NCBI GenBank assembly: GCA_038728965.1
Contig: JAVYSX010000003.1
Location: 4,218-68,217 of the forward strand
Origin: Thermoplasmatales archaeon
GTDB lineage: Archaea; Thermoplasmatota; Thermoplasmata; Thermoplasmatales; GCA-001856825
Direction of reading: 5' to 3'
DNA: 64,000 bases
Position 1 is the stretch's first letter, and each line of letters opens with the position of its first letter. Made by a program: the position numbers and the translations under genes. Below the pieces are notes generated by a model. That model was not told the DNA's origin. It ran no database searches and saw nothing but the letters and a program-made list of their open reading frames with translations. This document shows positions 18,618-28,651 of the stretch, one piece after another.

Positions 18618-19328
18618 ATGGATGAGATTGAGGTCGAAAACAGCATATTCTTCACGAGATTCGGAGCAGCATTCCTGGAAGATGTATCAGCCGTCGTCGT
18701 TTCAGATATTCATCTCGGGTATGAGGATGTTCTCGCAATGAACGGTATCTTCATACCTAGGGTACAGAGCAAACTAATCTACGAAACTGTGAACCAAATA
18801 ATAGAAAGATACTCGCCGGAGAAGTTCATTATTGACGGAGATCTGAAACACGAATTCTCGAAAAATACTCCGCAGGAGTGGAAGGACGTGCTTGAGCTGT
18901 TGCAAATTATATCTAAAAAGAGTAAGCCCATAGTTGTGAAGGGAAACCACGACAACTATGTTGCCAACATAGCCTCCAAGCTTGACATAAAGGTTTACGA
19001 CATCTACAGGGATGGTAGGTACACATTTCACCACGGTCACAAAGATTTCAGCTGGGATGGTATAGCCGTCATCGGAAACGAACATCCTGCAGTCGGGCTA
19101 AGGGACGCCGTTGAATCGGTGGTGAAACTTCCATGTTTCCTATACTTCAAAGCAGAGAGGCTCATAGTCCTACCAGCCCTTTCCATATATGCAGGGGGTT
19201 CCGACATACTTAAAAACGAAATATCGTCTCCTGTTCTGAAGAAAGTTAATATAGATGAGGGCAGGGTCTACGGTTTATGGGATGCCTATGGCACGATAGA
19301 CCTTGGTAAGGTGGGTGATCTTCTATGA
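18618..19328 (+). CDS. calcineurin-like metallophosphoesterase
   Basis: 236 aa with SDIHLGYE, GDLKHEF, GNHD and HHGH motifs. Confidence 0.75.
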   Translation: MDEIEVENSIFFTRFGAAFLEDVSAVVVSDIHLGYEDVLAMNGIFIPRVQSKLIYETVNQIIERYSPEKFIIDGDLKHEFSKNTPQEWKDVLELLQIISKKSKPIVVKGNHDNYVANIASKLDIKVYDIYRDGRYTFHHGHKDFSWDGIAVIGNEHPAVGLRDAVESVVKLPCFLYFKAERLIVLPALSIYAGGSDILKNEISSPVLKKVNIDEGRVYGLWDAYGTIDLGKVGDLL

Positions 19329-20047
19329 TAGGCTTCATTTCTTCTGGTTTCAACCCTCCGTCTTCGCTAACATTGGAGGAGGTCTCTTTCATGGAGAGAT
19401 CGTCTAAAATTATTGTGGATACCTACACGTCGTCGAATTATTTGAGGGAATTCAGGGGGAGGGAGCTCGTGTTTGCCGGCCGGCGTGATCTAGAAGATTT
19501 CGGCAGGATCCTGAGTGAGGAGGAGGACATCTCGCTGGTAGTTCCTGGCGATTCATTTTCAGCTACAACCCATTTTATCATATACAAGGAATGCAGGAAG
19601 AAGGGGATCCCAGTAAAGGTTTTCCACAATTCATCGATATTCCCCGCGGCTGCGACAGCACTCGGTCTGCAGCTTTATAAGGTAGGCCCTCCAGTATCTA
19701 TCCCAAGGTTCACTGATCATTTCAAACCTACATCCCCTTACCAGAAGATAAGGGAAAATATTGAAAGGGGGCTGCACACTATCCTTTTACTAGATACCGA
19801 GCCGCCGATGACTTTAAATGAGGCCCTGGATGAAATTTCTTGGATGGAAAGCTCATTTCCGGAAAAGATATTCACAGGGGACAGAGAGATCGGCGTCGTT
19901 ATGGCTCTAGGCACAGAGAAGGAAAGAATGGTCTACGGAAAGATATCGGATGTTAAGGCGCTTAAGCCAGAAAGTCCAACAGCTGTAGTGATACCCGGCG
20001 CCCTGCACTTTGAGGAAATGGAGGCACTTGACCTATTCCGGATTTAA
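19325..20047 (+). CDS. dphB: diphthine synthase (tetrapyrrole-methylase fold)
   Basis: 240 aa. GD and LLLDT motifs and overall length fit Dph5/DphB. ATGA overlap with the upstream gene. Confidence 0.8.
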   Translation: MIGFISSGFNPPSSLTLEEVSFMERSSKIIVDTYTSSNYLREFRGRELVFAGRRDLEDFGRILSEEEDISLVVPGDSFSATTHFIIYKECRKKGIPVKVFHNSSIFPAAATALGLQLYKVGPPVSIPRFTDHFKPTSPYQKIRENIERGLHTILLLDTEPPMTLNEALDEISWMESSFPEKIFTGDREIGVVMALGTEKERMVYGKISDVKALKPESPTAVVIPGALHFEEMEALDLFRI

Positions 20048-20116
20048 TTTTTTCCTGTTATCAGGCACTCATAAAGATTTATTACTCCGTTAACATATAC
20101 AGAAAAAGTGGGTGAA

Positions 20117-20830
20117 ATGATGCAATCAGCACAAATGGCCTACGACAGGGCTATCACAGTATTTTCCCCAGATGGAAGACTCTTCCAGGTGGAATACGCT
20201 AGAGAAGCTGTTAAGAGGGGTACGACCGCGATAGGTATCACTTTCCAGGATGGCGCAATCCTGATGGCGGATAAGAGGATAAAGAGCGGACTGATAGATG
20301 AGAGGAGTATAGAGAAGATATTCGCCATAGACGGTCATATCGGGGCAGCCACTTCAGGTCTTATAGGTGATGCGAGAATCCTGATTGATCATGCCAGGAT
20401 TCAGGCTCAATCCGAGAAAGTTACGTACGGTCAGGAGATAATCGTCGAGTCATTGGTAAAAAAGGTTTGCGATCTTCTTCAACAATATACGCAGTATGGA
20501 GGCGTAAGACCTTTTGGTGCCTCCCTCCTCATAACTGGGATAGATGAAACGGGGATAAGCCTCTATGAGACGGACCCGTCTGGTCTTTCTACGGGATACA
20601 AGGCAGATGCCATCGGCTACGGTAGGGATGCTGCAATGGAACTACTTGAAAAGGAATATAGGGGCAATATGAGCCTTAAAGAGGCAGCCGACCTCGGTTC
20701 TAGGGCACTTAAGGCTGGTCTGGAACAGGGACAGACACTTGGCACGGTTAGTGTTGGTCTCATAAAGAAGGGGGAGAAATTCAGAATTCTATCTACAGAG
20801 GAGGCCATTAAGCTTACAGGCTTGAAGTGA
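20117..20830 (+). CDS. psmA: proteasome alpha subunit
   Basis: MAYDRAITVFSPDGRLFQVEYAREAVKRG is nearly identical to the Thermoplasma PsmA N-terminus. The track starts at GTG 20108; the ATG at 20117 or 20120 is more likely. Confidence 0.95.
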   Translation: MMQSAQMAYDRAITVFSPDGRLFQVEYAREAVKRGTTAIGITFQDGAILMADKRIKSGLIDERSIEKIFAIDGHIGAATSGLIGDARILIDHARIQAQSEKVTYGQEIIVESLVKKVCDLLQQYTQYGGVRPFGASLLITGIDETGISLYETDPSGLSTGYKADAIGYGRDAAMELLEKEYRGNMSLKEAADLGSRALKAGLEQGQTLGTVSVGLIKKGEKFRILSTEEAIKLTGLK

Positions 20831-21534
20831 GAAGTCAGATGGTAAAGGTAGAAGATGCCCTAGTAGCAAGATACGAATCGAAAGGACACCGCTTTGAGGT
20901 TCTAATAGATGAGAGGCTCGTCGACCTTATAAGATCTGGAAAAAATGTGAATGTAACCGACTATCTGGCTGCTGATATAATATTCAAGGACAGCAGCAGG
21001 GGAGACAGGGCATCCGATGAAGCGATTCGCGAAGTATTCGGAACCCATGATTTTTCTACTGTCGTCTCGGAGATCGTCAGGAAGGGGCAGGTTCAGCTAA
21101 CTACAGAGCAGAGAAGAAAAATGATCGAGGAAAAAAAGCGGCAGATCGTGGAGATCATTTCAAGGGAATCTATGAACCCGCAAACAGGGGCTCCACATCC
21201 ACCTCAGAGGATAGAGAAGGCGATTGAGGAGGCAAGGGTAAGGGTGGATCCGTTCAAGAGTTCAGAGGAGCAAGTTAACGATGTACTTAAAGCGATCAGG
21301 GTACTGCTTCCGATAAAGTTTGAGCACGTGAAGATGGAAATCGAGGTTCCAGGGAATGAATACGGGAAAATATACTCAGAACTTGCAAGGATGGGGCAGA
21401 TACTGAAGGAGGAATGGAAGGGCAACGGAAATTATGATGCCTTGGTCGAGATACCTGCAGGTATACAGGACCAGCTTTATGATTTCCTAAATAAGAGGAC
21501 AAAAGGGAACGTAAGTATTAGGTTAGTTAAGTAG
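20827..21534 (+). CDS. SBDS/Sdo1 ribosome maturation protein
   Basis: 235 aa. The N-terminal ARYESKGHRFEVLID matches the FYSH domain. Its position directly after psmA fits the exosome superoperon. GTGA overlap. Confidence 0.88.
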   Translation: MRSQMVKVEDALVARYESKGHRFEVLIDERLVDLIRSGKNVNVTDYLAADIIFKDSSRGDRASDEAIREVFGTHDFSTVVSEIVRKGQVQLTTEQRRKMIEEKKRQIVEIISRESMNPQTGAPHPPQRIEKAIEEARVRVDPFKSSEEQVNDVLKAIRVLLPIKFEHVKMEIEVPGNEYGKIYSELARMGQILKEEWKGNGNYDALVEIPAGIQDQLYDFLNKRTKGNVSIRLVK

Positions 21535-21540
21535 AGGTGA

Positions 21541-22209
21541 ATGTTGTTGGATACGCAGAAAAAAATTGTTTTGCCAGGCGAGGAGATAGATTTAGGTGGT
21601 ATGAAACAGGGGAATGGCATCTACCATGAAAATGGGAAATACTACGCATATCAGATGGGCGTTCTCCAGGTTTACAACAATTACGCAAACATAATACCTC
21701 TCTCTGGCAAATATTATCCGGTGAGGAACGACAGGGTTATAGCCAAGGTCATTGACATAGCACCCTCGTTCTGGATCATGGACATCAGGGGGCCTTACCC
21801 GGGATTTCTTCATATAAACGACACTCCTTGGAAGAATGTCGATCAGGATCTCAGCAAGATTCTGGGTATCGGCGACACGGTATTCGCAAAGGTCAATGAA
21901 ATCACGGAATCGAGACAGATATGGCTCTCGATGAAAGATGCTGGGCTGAGGAAGCTTGAGGGAGGACATATAATAATGGTACAGCCCACAAAGGTTTCTA
22001 GGATCATAGGGAAGGGAGGCTCGATGGTCAACACTATAAAGGAGCTCACTGGTGTAAAAATACAGCTCGGTCAGAATGGGGTAGTTTGGCTGGAGGGACA
22101 GGAGGAAAAGCTTCTAATAGTGAGGAGAATACTTCGCTACATCGAGAAAGAAGCACACACAACTGGTCTCACTGACCGAGTGAAAAAGATATTGGAAGAG
22201 AGTAGGTGA
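21541..22209 (+). CDS. rrp4: exosome complex RNA-binding protein Rrp4 (S1 + KH)
   Basis: 222 aa with an S1-like core and a KH motif [17 protein letters not shown]. Confidence 0.9.
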   Translation: MLLDTQKKIVLPGEEIDLGGMKQGNGIYHENGKYYAYQMGVLQVYNNYANIIPLSGKYYPVRNDRVIAKVIDIAPSFWIMDIRGPYPGFLHINDTPWKNVDQDLSKILGIGDTVFAKVNEITESRQIWLSMKDAGLRKLEGGHIIMVQPTKVSRIIGKGGSMVNTIKELTGVKIQLGQNGVVWLEGQEEKLLIVRRILRYIEKEAHTTGLTDRVKKILEESR

Positions 22210-22958
22210 TTGAATTGGGTATGGAAGGTGGCATGAAACTGATAAATGAAGATGGTTTAAGAATAGATGGGAGGAAGTTCAACGAACTTCGTCCAATCAG
22301 AATTGAGGCTGGAATACTGAACAGGGCTGATGGTTCTGCTTACATCGAATGGGGCGGCAACAAGATACTCGTGGCCGTCTACGGTCCGAGGGAGGCATTC
22401 CCCAAGCATACTCAGAACCCATCTAGGGCAGTCATAAATGCAAGGTACAACATGGCTGCATTCTCTGTCGATGAGAGGAAGAGACCGGGACCCGACCGGA
22501 GGGCCGTGGAGATAAGCAAGATCGTCGGGGAGGCTCTTGAATACGCGATATTCACCGAGCAGTTCCCCAGGACAAGCATAGACGTCTACATAGAAGTTCT
22601 CCAGGCTGACGCTGGAACAAGGATAGCAGGTCTCACGGCCGCCTCGGTTGCACTTGTCGACGCAGGGATACCGATGAAGGATATGGTTGTAGGATGCGCA
22701 GCCGGTAAGATAGAGGGTCACGTGGTCCTAGATCTGAACAAGGAAGAAGACAACTACGGAGAAGCAGACCTTCCCGTAGCGATAATCCCGAGAACTCAGG
22801 AGATGGTCCTCTTACAGATGGATGGTCATATGACAAAGGACGAATTGAAGGAGGCTTTGGAAATGTCGAAGAAGGCAGCTTTATACATATCCAATTTGCA
22901 GAGGGAAGCACTTCTAGCCAAATACAGGGAGGAGAAGGAGGTGGAGAGAAATGAGTAA
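22206..22958 (+). CDS. rrp41: exosome complex exonuclease Rrp41 (RNase PH fold)
   Basis: 250 aa with [22 protein letters not shown] and QADAGTR motifs. Confidence 0.92.
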   Translation: MIELGMEGGMKLINEDGLRIDGRKFNELRPIRIEAGILNRADGSAYIEWGGNKILVAVYGPREAFPKHTQNPSRAVINARYNMAAFSVDERKRPGPDRRAVEISKIVGEALEYAIFTEQFPRTSIDVYIEVLQADAGTRIAGLTAASVALVDAGIPMKDMVVGCAAGKIEGHVVLDLNKEEDNYGEADLPVAIIPRTQEMVLLQMDGHMTKDELKEALEMSKKAALYISNLQREALLAKYREEKEVERNE

Positions 22959-23736
22959 GAGCTCGGATGAGATAGTTTACGGTCTGAAGAGGGAATACCT
23001 CGAAAAGATATCGCAGCAGGGTAGCAGGATAGACGGAAGAAAGTTCGACGAGATAAGGAAATTTACGATAAACACAAATTTTGTCCCGAGAGCGGAGGGA
23101 TCTGCAGAGGTAAAGCTTGGAAATACGAGGGTACTCGTCGGGGTAAAAATAGAACAAGGGGAGCCTTTTCCGGATACACCGAACTCAGGTATACTGACAA
23201 CCAACGCGGAGCTTCTTCCCATGGCTTCCCCTACTTTCGAGTCTGGCCCGCCGAACGAAGACTCCATCGAGCTTGCAAGGGTCGTGGACAGGGGTATACG
23301 TGAATCAAAGATGATCGATCTTGATAAGCTGGTAATAGAGGAGGGCAAGAAGGTATGGGTGGTTTTCGTGGACATTCATGTGCTCGATTACGACGGCAAT
23401 TTAATAGATGCGAGCTCCCTTGGGGCAGTTGCCTCGCTTCTGACCGCGAAGGTACCTGCATCAAAGATAGGCCAGACAGATTACAGGCTCCCTGTTAGCC
23501 ATGTCCCCGTTATGTTGACATTCGCAAAGATAGGATCGTCAATGGTTGTAGACCCGGGCCTCGAGGAGGAAGAAGTGGCTGTCGCGAGGCTGTCTGTCGC
23601 AACTGATGAAAACGAAAATATAGTTGCCATGCAGAAGGGTCTGGGGGGAAGCATAACGGAGGACGAGCTCTTCTCAGCAGTTGAAATATCCATTAGGTTG
23701 GGAAAGGATATTAGGGAGAAATTGATGAGGTTGTAA
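22951..23736 (+). CDS. rrp42: exosome complex component Rrp42
   Basis: 261 aa with [11 protein letters not shown] and [13 protein letters not shown]. It is an RNase PH-like inactive paralog. 8-nt overlap with rrp41. Confidence 0.9.
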   Translation: MSKSSDEIVYGLKREYLEKISQQGSRIDGRKFDEIRKFTINTNFVPRAEGSAEVKLGNTRVLVGVKIEQGEPFPDTPNSGILTTNAELLPMASPTFESGPPNEDSIELARVVDRGIRESKMIDLDKLVIEEGKKVWVVFVDIHVLDYDGNLIDASSLGAVASLLTAKVPASKIGQTDYRLPVSHVPVMLTFAKIGSSMVVDPGLEEEEVAVARLSVATDENENIVAMQKGLGGSITEDELFSAVEISIRLGKDIREKLMRL

Positions 23737-23740
23737 AGCC

Positions 23741-23998
23741 ATGACGAAGAAAACCAAGAAAGTTGGAAGCGCAGGAAGGTTCGGTTCGAGGTACGGTTCA
23801 ACAGTGAAGAAGAGGTGGCTCGAAATGGAAAATCTAAGAAAGGCCTCTTATCTGTGTCCAAGATGCCATCACATTTCGGTCAAGAGAGTGCATCCGGGGG
23901 TATGGGAGTGCAGGAAGTGCGGCTTCCAGTTTGTGGGGGATGCCTATACCCCTGAGGTAGGCGCTGACTTCAAGAAGGTGAATATAGAGAATGTTTAA
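23741..23998 (+). CDS. rpl37ae: 50S ribosomal protein L37Ae (eL43)
   Basis: 85 aa with GSAGRFGSRYGSTVKKR and a CPRC...CRKCG zinc ribbon. Confidence 0.9.
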   Translation: MTKKTKKVGSAGRFGSRYGSTVKKRWLEMENLRKASYLCPRCHHISVKRVHPGVWECRKCGFQFVGDAYTPEVGADFKKVNIENV

Positions 23999-24122
23999 GT
24001 GCGTAAGGTGCGGGAGGGAGCTGAAGGACGAGAACGACACAGCTCAATTCGAGTGCGAGTGCGGCTCCAAGGTGTTCGTTAGGGTTCCCGGGAACGTTGT
24101 GAAAACAGTTGAAGTAAAATAG
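23991..24122 (+). CDS. rpoP: DNA-directed RNA polymerase subunit P (Rpo12)
   Basis: Absent from the ORF track because it is below the size cut-off. The 43 codons read MFKCVRCGRELKDENDTAQFECECGSKVFVRVPGNVVKTVEVK, with a CxxC...CxC zinc ribbon. It overlaps the L37Ae stop by 8 nt and ends 1 nt before pus10. This is the canonical position after L37Ae in the archaeal exosome superoperon. Confidence 0.8.
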   Translation: MFKCVRCGRELKDENDTAQFECECGSKVFVRVPGNVVKTVEVK

Positions 24123-25184
24123 ATGCCTGCGTGCGAGGTTTGTCAAAAGAGGCTCAACATAAAAGAACCAATTGGAAGTTCAGACGAGTGCGAATACTGT
24201 GGCGGAATTCTTCCGCGGGTAGAAGATTTTTTCGAGATATTCAGGGATTTTTCCTCTAAATTTGAGATCGGGAGTTTTCTTATAGGGGTCAAGGCAGATA
24301 AAAACATACTGGAGAAAGAAATAAAGGTGATCGAGGCTGGGAAACTAAAGATCAGAAATTTTAAGAAGGAGTTCGAATCAAAACTAGGTTCTCGTATAGA
24401 GGTTGAACTGCATCTTAAAGCCGACTTCATCAAACCGGATGTCGTGTTCACAGTTGATCAGAGAAATCTGTCCTACGATTTCTGGATCAGGCCAGTATTT
24501 GTGTTGGGCAGGTACCGTAAGAATGTAAGGGGAATACCGCAGTCACCGTGGATATCGCCCGCCCCTGGCAGGGAAGGGCGATCAATATCAGAATACATCG
24601 GGGAATCTATCAAAGATACGCTAGGAGGTACAAATTACAACTTTTATGCATCCGGAAGGGAAGACGTGGATGCGCTCATGCTCGGGAATGGCAGGCCATT
24701 CTATGTGGAAGTAATAAATCCGAGAAAAAGGAGGGCCGAAGGATCTGGGATAACAAAAAAAATAAGCGAATTATCGGGCGGAAAGGTTGAGGTACTTGAG
24801 CCTAGGGTCGCTTCAGATGAAGAGATAGATACGTTGAAAAGCGCGCGTCCAAACAAGGTCTATGAGGTTTCGTTTAGCACAGACAGGAAGTTGGATGATG
24901 ATCTGATTCGCAAACTTTCATCATATTCTGGAATTGCCATATCTCAGAGAACTCCGACGAGGGTTCTCCCTATAAGGAAGGATATTGCCAGGAGGCGAAC
25001 AATTTTCAGCATAAAGATTCTCAACTGGTCCGATTATCAGGTCAGGCTATGCATAGAGGCAGAGGCTGGAACTTACATAAAGGAGTTCATAACAGGAGAT
25101 TCAGGGCGGACAGAGCCCAGTATTTCAAAGGACCTGAAAGTAAACGTTAAAATAGATTATCTTAATGTGCTTTCAGTTAAGTAG
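24123..25184 (+). CDS. pus10: tRNA pseudouridine(54/55) synthase Pus10
   Basis: 353 aa with N-terminal zinc cysteines (CEVC...CEYCGG). The catalytic region GREDVDALMLGNGRPFYVEV and the C-terminal GTYIKEF match Pus10. Confidence 0.85.
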   Translation: MPACEVCQKRLNIKEPIGSSDECEYCGGILPRVEDFFEIFRDFSSKFEIGSFLIGVKADKNILEKEIKVIEAGKLKIRNFKKEFESKLGSRIEVELHLKADFIKPDVVFTVDQRNLSYDFWIRPVFVLGRYRKNVRGIPQSPWISPAPGREGRSISEYIGESIKDTLGGTNYNFYASGREDVDALMLGNGRPFYVEVINPRKRRAEGSGITKKISELSGGKVEVLEPRVASDEEIDTLKSARPNKVYEVSFSTDRKLDDDLIRKLSSYSGIAISQRTPTRVLPIRKDIARRRTIFSIKILNWSDYQVRLCIEAEAGTYIKEFITGDSGRTEPSISKDLKVNVKIDYLNVLSVK

Positions 25185-25195
25185 GGGATGGCAAG

Positions 25196-25486
25196 ATGGC
25201 AAAAATGTCTCACGGGCCTAGGGCCAAGACTCGCTCCAAACTAAGAAAGAAGGGGAGCGAGAAGGGTCCTCTGACTGTCAACAGGATGATAAAGAAATTC
25301 GATATAGGGGACAGAGTAGCCATAGATATCGAACCCTCCGTTCACGATGGAATGCCATTTAAGAGGTTTCAGGGATTAACTGGTATAGTTGAATCAAAGA
25401 GAGGAGATGCCTATATAATAGGGATCAGTGATCAGGGGAAGAAAAAATCTGTGATATCCTACCCCGTACACCTTAAAAGGGTGTGA
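25196..25486 (+). CDS. rpl21e: 50S ribosomal protein L21e
   Basis: 96 aa with SHGPRAKTRSKL at the N-terminus and an SH3-like core. Confidence 0.9.
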   Translation: MAKMSHGPRAKTRSKLRKKGSEKGPLTVNRMIKKFDIGDRVAIDIEPSVHDGMPFKRFQGLTGIVESKRGDAYIIGISDQGKKKSVISYPVHLKRV

Positions 25487-25495
25487 AAGCTTTTT

Positions 25496-25810
25496 ATGAA
25501 GATCACCTACATTCCACTATCCAAAGCCAAAGAACTACTGATCGAGGCTTCATCTACAAGAGAATTAAACTCGGTGCAGGAGTCAGCGCTGAAACACCTC
25601 AAGAAATTTTCTAAGCTTGAAGGAGAGGTAGCGGAGCGGGTCTGTGACGAATTTGTTTCCCTTGGTCTGGACCGGGCGGTTGCTGTCAAGATCGTTGATA
25701 TAATGCCAGGAACGATCGACGAACTCAGAGCCGTCATATACCCCCAGGTCCAGAATCTTGATGCATCACTTGGGGAGAAAATTCTGGAAACACTGCAGAA
25801 GAGCAGGTGA
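25496..25810 (+). CDS. rpoF: DNA-directed RNA polymerase subunit F (Rpo4)
   Basis: 104 aa, an HRDC-like small acidic protein. It sits in the conserved L21e-rpoF-DUF655-ksgA gene order. Confidence 0.75.
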   Translation: MKITYIPLSKAKELLIEASSTRELNSVQESALKHLKKFSKLEGEVAERVCDEFVSLGLDRAVAVKIVDIMPGTIDELRAVIYPQVQNLDASLGEKILETLQKSR

Positions 25811-25814
25811 TACT

Positions 25815-26363
25815 TTGGAGGAATACGCCTACGTTCTCGACATCCTACCCCAGGGGAGGATGGAGGAGAAAGCATTCAAAAGGGTTCCGATCGCACTGGC
25901 AATAGGAGAGGAGGAATTGAAGCTCTTCGAGCTCATCCCCAAGCCTGGCGAGGCTTTAGCGATAGGTGATAGGGTCTACATAGGGAAAGATCTTGAAAAG
26001 AGAGATAAGATAGGAAGTGTGAAGAGGAGGATATCTTACGAAGAGCTCACGCCTGCCGCACAGAGTGAACTTGAGTTTGTGGTGATGCAGATCGTGCAGC
26101 GCAATGAAAAGCGGTTTGTAGCATTTTTCAACGAAGCTCAGCCCGTCACCACGAGGCTTCATCAGCTAGATCTTCTCTACGGGGTCGGGAAGAGTTTGAT
26201 GTGGGAGATACTTGATGAGAGGAAAAAGGGACCCTTCAGCAGTTTCCAGGATCTGAAATCAAGGGTTAAGGGGTTGCGGGATCCGGAGCGTATGATCACC
26301 GAGAGGATACTGAGGGAACTTAAAAATAAAGAAGAGAGGCACAGGCTGTTTGTATCGAGTTGA
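25815..26363 (+). CDS. DUF655 family protein (OB/S1-like + helix-hairpin-helix)
   Basis: The track ORF starts at 25758, which would overlap rpoF by 53 nt. An in-frame TTG at 25815 gives MEEYAYVLDILPQG, a typical DUF655 N-terminus, 5 nt after the rpoF stop. Confidence 0.7.
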   Translation: MEEYAYVLDILPQGRMEEKAFKRVPIALAIGEEELKLFELIPKPGEALAIGDRVYIGKDLEKRDKIGSVKRRISYEELTPAAQSELEFVVMQIVQRNEKRFVAFFNEAQPVTTRLHQLDLLYGVGKSLMWEILDERKKGPFSSFQDLKSRVKGLRDPERMITERILRELKNKEERHRLFVSS

Positions 26364-27070
26364 GTATGGGGAGAAGGAACAGGGAAGGTATTAATTTTCT
26401 TATAGATGAAGAAGTAGCAAGGAAGATAGTGAGCCTGGCCAATGTATCTGGCAATGATGTGCTGGAGGTCGGTGGCGGACTGGGTCAGCTGACCAAATTC
26501 ATCAGTGGTTACAGGACTCTAACCGTTATCGAAAAGAGAAAGGAGTTCGCTGATAGATTGAGGGGTATGTTTCCGAATGCAAATGTAATACAGGGTGACG
26601 CGCTCAGAGTTGAATGGCCAGAATTTCAAGTTTTCATATCTAACACGCCATATTCCATATCCACACCACTTCTTGAAAGGATCCGTAATAGCAGATTTGA
26701 TCACGCTGTTGTTACCGTCCAGAGGGAGGTTGCCGACAGGATAACAGCCTCACCCGGCTCAGGAAACTATTCCAGGCTCACTGTTATGATGAACATGAAA
26801 TTCGAAGTAGAGAGAATGTTTGACATACCTCCTAACAAGTTCGTCCCGAGGCCCAAGGTTTACAGCACCGTACTCTTGATAAGGAGGAAGGAAACGCAGA
26901 TTGACAGTAGTATCGAGGCGTTCGTAAGGGATCTTTTCTCACAGAGAAGAAAGAAAATAAAGTGGCTGGTAAACTCGCCCAGGTATGGGGACAGAAGACC
27001 CGAAGAACTGAACCTAGATGAGTTTCTGGATCTTTTCGATGAGTTTAACGCGACGCGACAATCTTTATGA
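26360..27070 (+). CDS. rsmA: 16S rRNA (adenine1518/1519-N6)-dimethyltransferase KsgA/Dim1
   Basis: 236 aa with the SAM motif VLEVGGGLGQLT, NTPYSISTP, and FVPRPKV at the C-terminus. Confidence 0.9.
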   Translation: MSMGRRNREGINFLIDEEVARKIVSLANVSGNDVLEVGGGLGQLTKFISGYRTLTVIEKRKEFADRLRGMFPNANVIQGDALRVEWPEFQVFISNTPYSISTPLLERIRNSRFDHAVVTVQREVADRITASPGSGNYSRLTVMMNMKFEVERMFDIPPNKFVPRPKVYSTVLLIRRKETQIDSSIEAFVRDLFSQRRKKIKWLVNSPRYGDRRPEELNLDEFLDLFDEFNATRQSL

Positions 27071-28232
27071 TATCCCCATTTTCAAGTACGTAATCCCTTC
27101 CGAGGGTTCTCTTTGTTCTCCCGTTTATGGCTCTGATGAACCTTTCTCCAAGATCGGTATGTACCTTGTACGCTAGATCAAGGGCCGTGGCCCCTTTGCG
27201 CATGAGAATTGCATCCGGAAGTGTGTTCCCATTCTTGTCAGTCCAGTGGTTCTCATCCTCTACCGGATACACAACTATAAGATTTAGGACTTCATAGACA
27301 ATTCTTTCAAGACTTTGCTGAACACCTGTTCCCCCGTTATTATTCAGGTAAAGTGAAACTTTTTTCAGTGCCTCCCTCTGAGACTGCGTGAGCCTGTCGT
27401 CCCTGAGTATCTTGAAGCTTCCATCACCAGGAATGTAGTCTATCAGACCGCTCCTAGCTGCCCTCTTCAAGACGAGCTCATAATCCCCGGAAACAACTGA
27501 AACACCCCTGCTTTCCAGTTTTGTTGCTGTCTCCCCGCTTATGAGATCTCCCTTTGATGCAACTATAATACCGGGCTTAGATATTTTCAAAATCTCATCG
27601 GCAAGAGTGCGTGTAACGTCCTCGCTCCACCTCCTCAGGTCTGACGGTACTGGTGTGTTCTTTATTGCAACTGAGAGATCCTTTATGTCTATCCCTAGGC
27701 CCGAAACTCTATCGTAAATAATATTCTCTAGCTTCCCTCCCTCACTCTCTAGCTTCCTGAGCCCTCTTTCGAGGCCGTCTGAGATTATATCGGAGAGCCA
27801 CATCACTATCTCCTCATGAACGAAGTCAGCATCGTCGAGTGGATCCACAGATCCTAGTTCTACAGGATTACCGTTTCTGTCTAGGGAACCTGTGGCATCA
27901 ACGACCTGAATGAAACCATCAGCACGTCTGAGATCGTCCAAGAATTTATTACCCAGTCCCTTACCCTCGTGCGCTCCAGGAACAAGCCCCGCAACGTCCA
28001 TGATTTCTACGGGAACCATCCTTATTCCGTTGACGCATCTTCCAAACCTGGGATTGCAAGCCCTTCCCAATTCCGTGTGGGGACACCGCGACCTGACGTA
28101 CGCAACACCCCTGTTAGGATTTATAGTTGTGAACGGATAACTTGCAATTTCAACTGTGTTTTCAGTTAAAGCCGAAAAATATGTGCTTTTTCCCACGTTT
28201 GGCTTACCTATGACCCCTATAAATGTGCTCAT
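27045..28232 (-). CDS. Obg-family GTPase (YchF/Ygr210-like) with C-terminal TGS domain
   Basis: 395 aa with G1 GKPNVGKST, G3 DVAGLV, and a C-terminal TGS-like LENGDIIKIV. Confidence 0.85.
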   Translation of the reverse strand: MSTFIGVIGKPNVGKSTYFSALTENTVEIASYPFTTINPNRGVAYVRSRCPHTELGRACNPRFGRCVNGIRMVPVEIMDVAGLVPGAHEGKGLGNKFLDDLRRADGFIQVVDATGSLDRNGNPVELGSVDPLDDADFVHEEIVMWLSDIISDGLERGLRKLESEGGKLENIIYDRVSGLGIDIKDLSVAIKNTPVPSDLRRWSEDVTRTLADEILKISKPGIIVASKGDLISGETATKLESRGVSVVSGDYELVLKRAARSGLIDYIPGDGSFKILRDDRLTQSQREALKKVSLYLNNNGGTGVQQSLERIVYEVLNLIVVYPVEDENHWTDKNGNTLPDAILMRKGATALDLAYKVHTDLGERFIRAINGRTKRTLGRDYVLENGDIIKIVASR

Positions 28233-28651
28233 TGAATCGATGCCTCAACCAAACCAAACCCCCTAGGGCATTTTCTGGAAAGTAGTTTTTCTATCTTTAT
28301 CTTTGAGCGGTCTTTGGCAAAGCTCAGGATACAGACCCCTGCTAGAGGGCAATCAAAATCGTCACAGTCGGGCCTCTTATATGTAACCTTTGCGCCTTCC
28401 TTTGCGATAGTTTTGGGGATCATCAGGCTTCTCTCAGTTTCGTCAACCTCGACCGTAAATACCTTGTTGTCCTCGTGTATGTAGCATTTATGTTCTTTCT
28501 CCCTTGATTTAACGACAAGGTAGAATTCTCCAGGCTTCAGGTTATGGCAGACATTCTTTAGGTTACATAGATTGCACTCTGGAGCAGGCCCGATGTACTG
28601 GAATATCTTCCCACTGGCGTTAAGGCTGCTAGGAACTAGCGTGATTATCAT
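28229..28651 (-). CDS. UPF0179 family cysteine-rich protein
   Basis: 140 aa. MIITLV...FQYIGPAPECNLCNLKNVCHNLKPGEFY resembles the recalled UPF0179 N-terminus. It is overlap-coupled to both neighbours. Confidence 0.65.
   Translation of the reverse strand: MIITLVPSSLNASGKIFQYIGPAPECNLCNLKNVCHNLKPGEFYLVVKSREKEHKCYIHEDNKVFTVEVDETERSLMIPKTIAKEGAKVTYKRPDCDDFDCPLAGVCILSFAKDRSKIKIEKLLSRKCPRGFGLVEASIQ

Noticed and set aside
22633-23157. A 174-aa minus-strand ORF and other antisense ORFs across rrp41 and rrp42 (22257-22721, 22977-23375, 23481-23861).
   Set aside because: They lie opposite strongly supported exosome genes, and their Pro/Ser/Arg-rich translations are typical of antisense frames.
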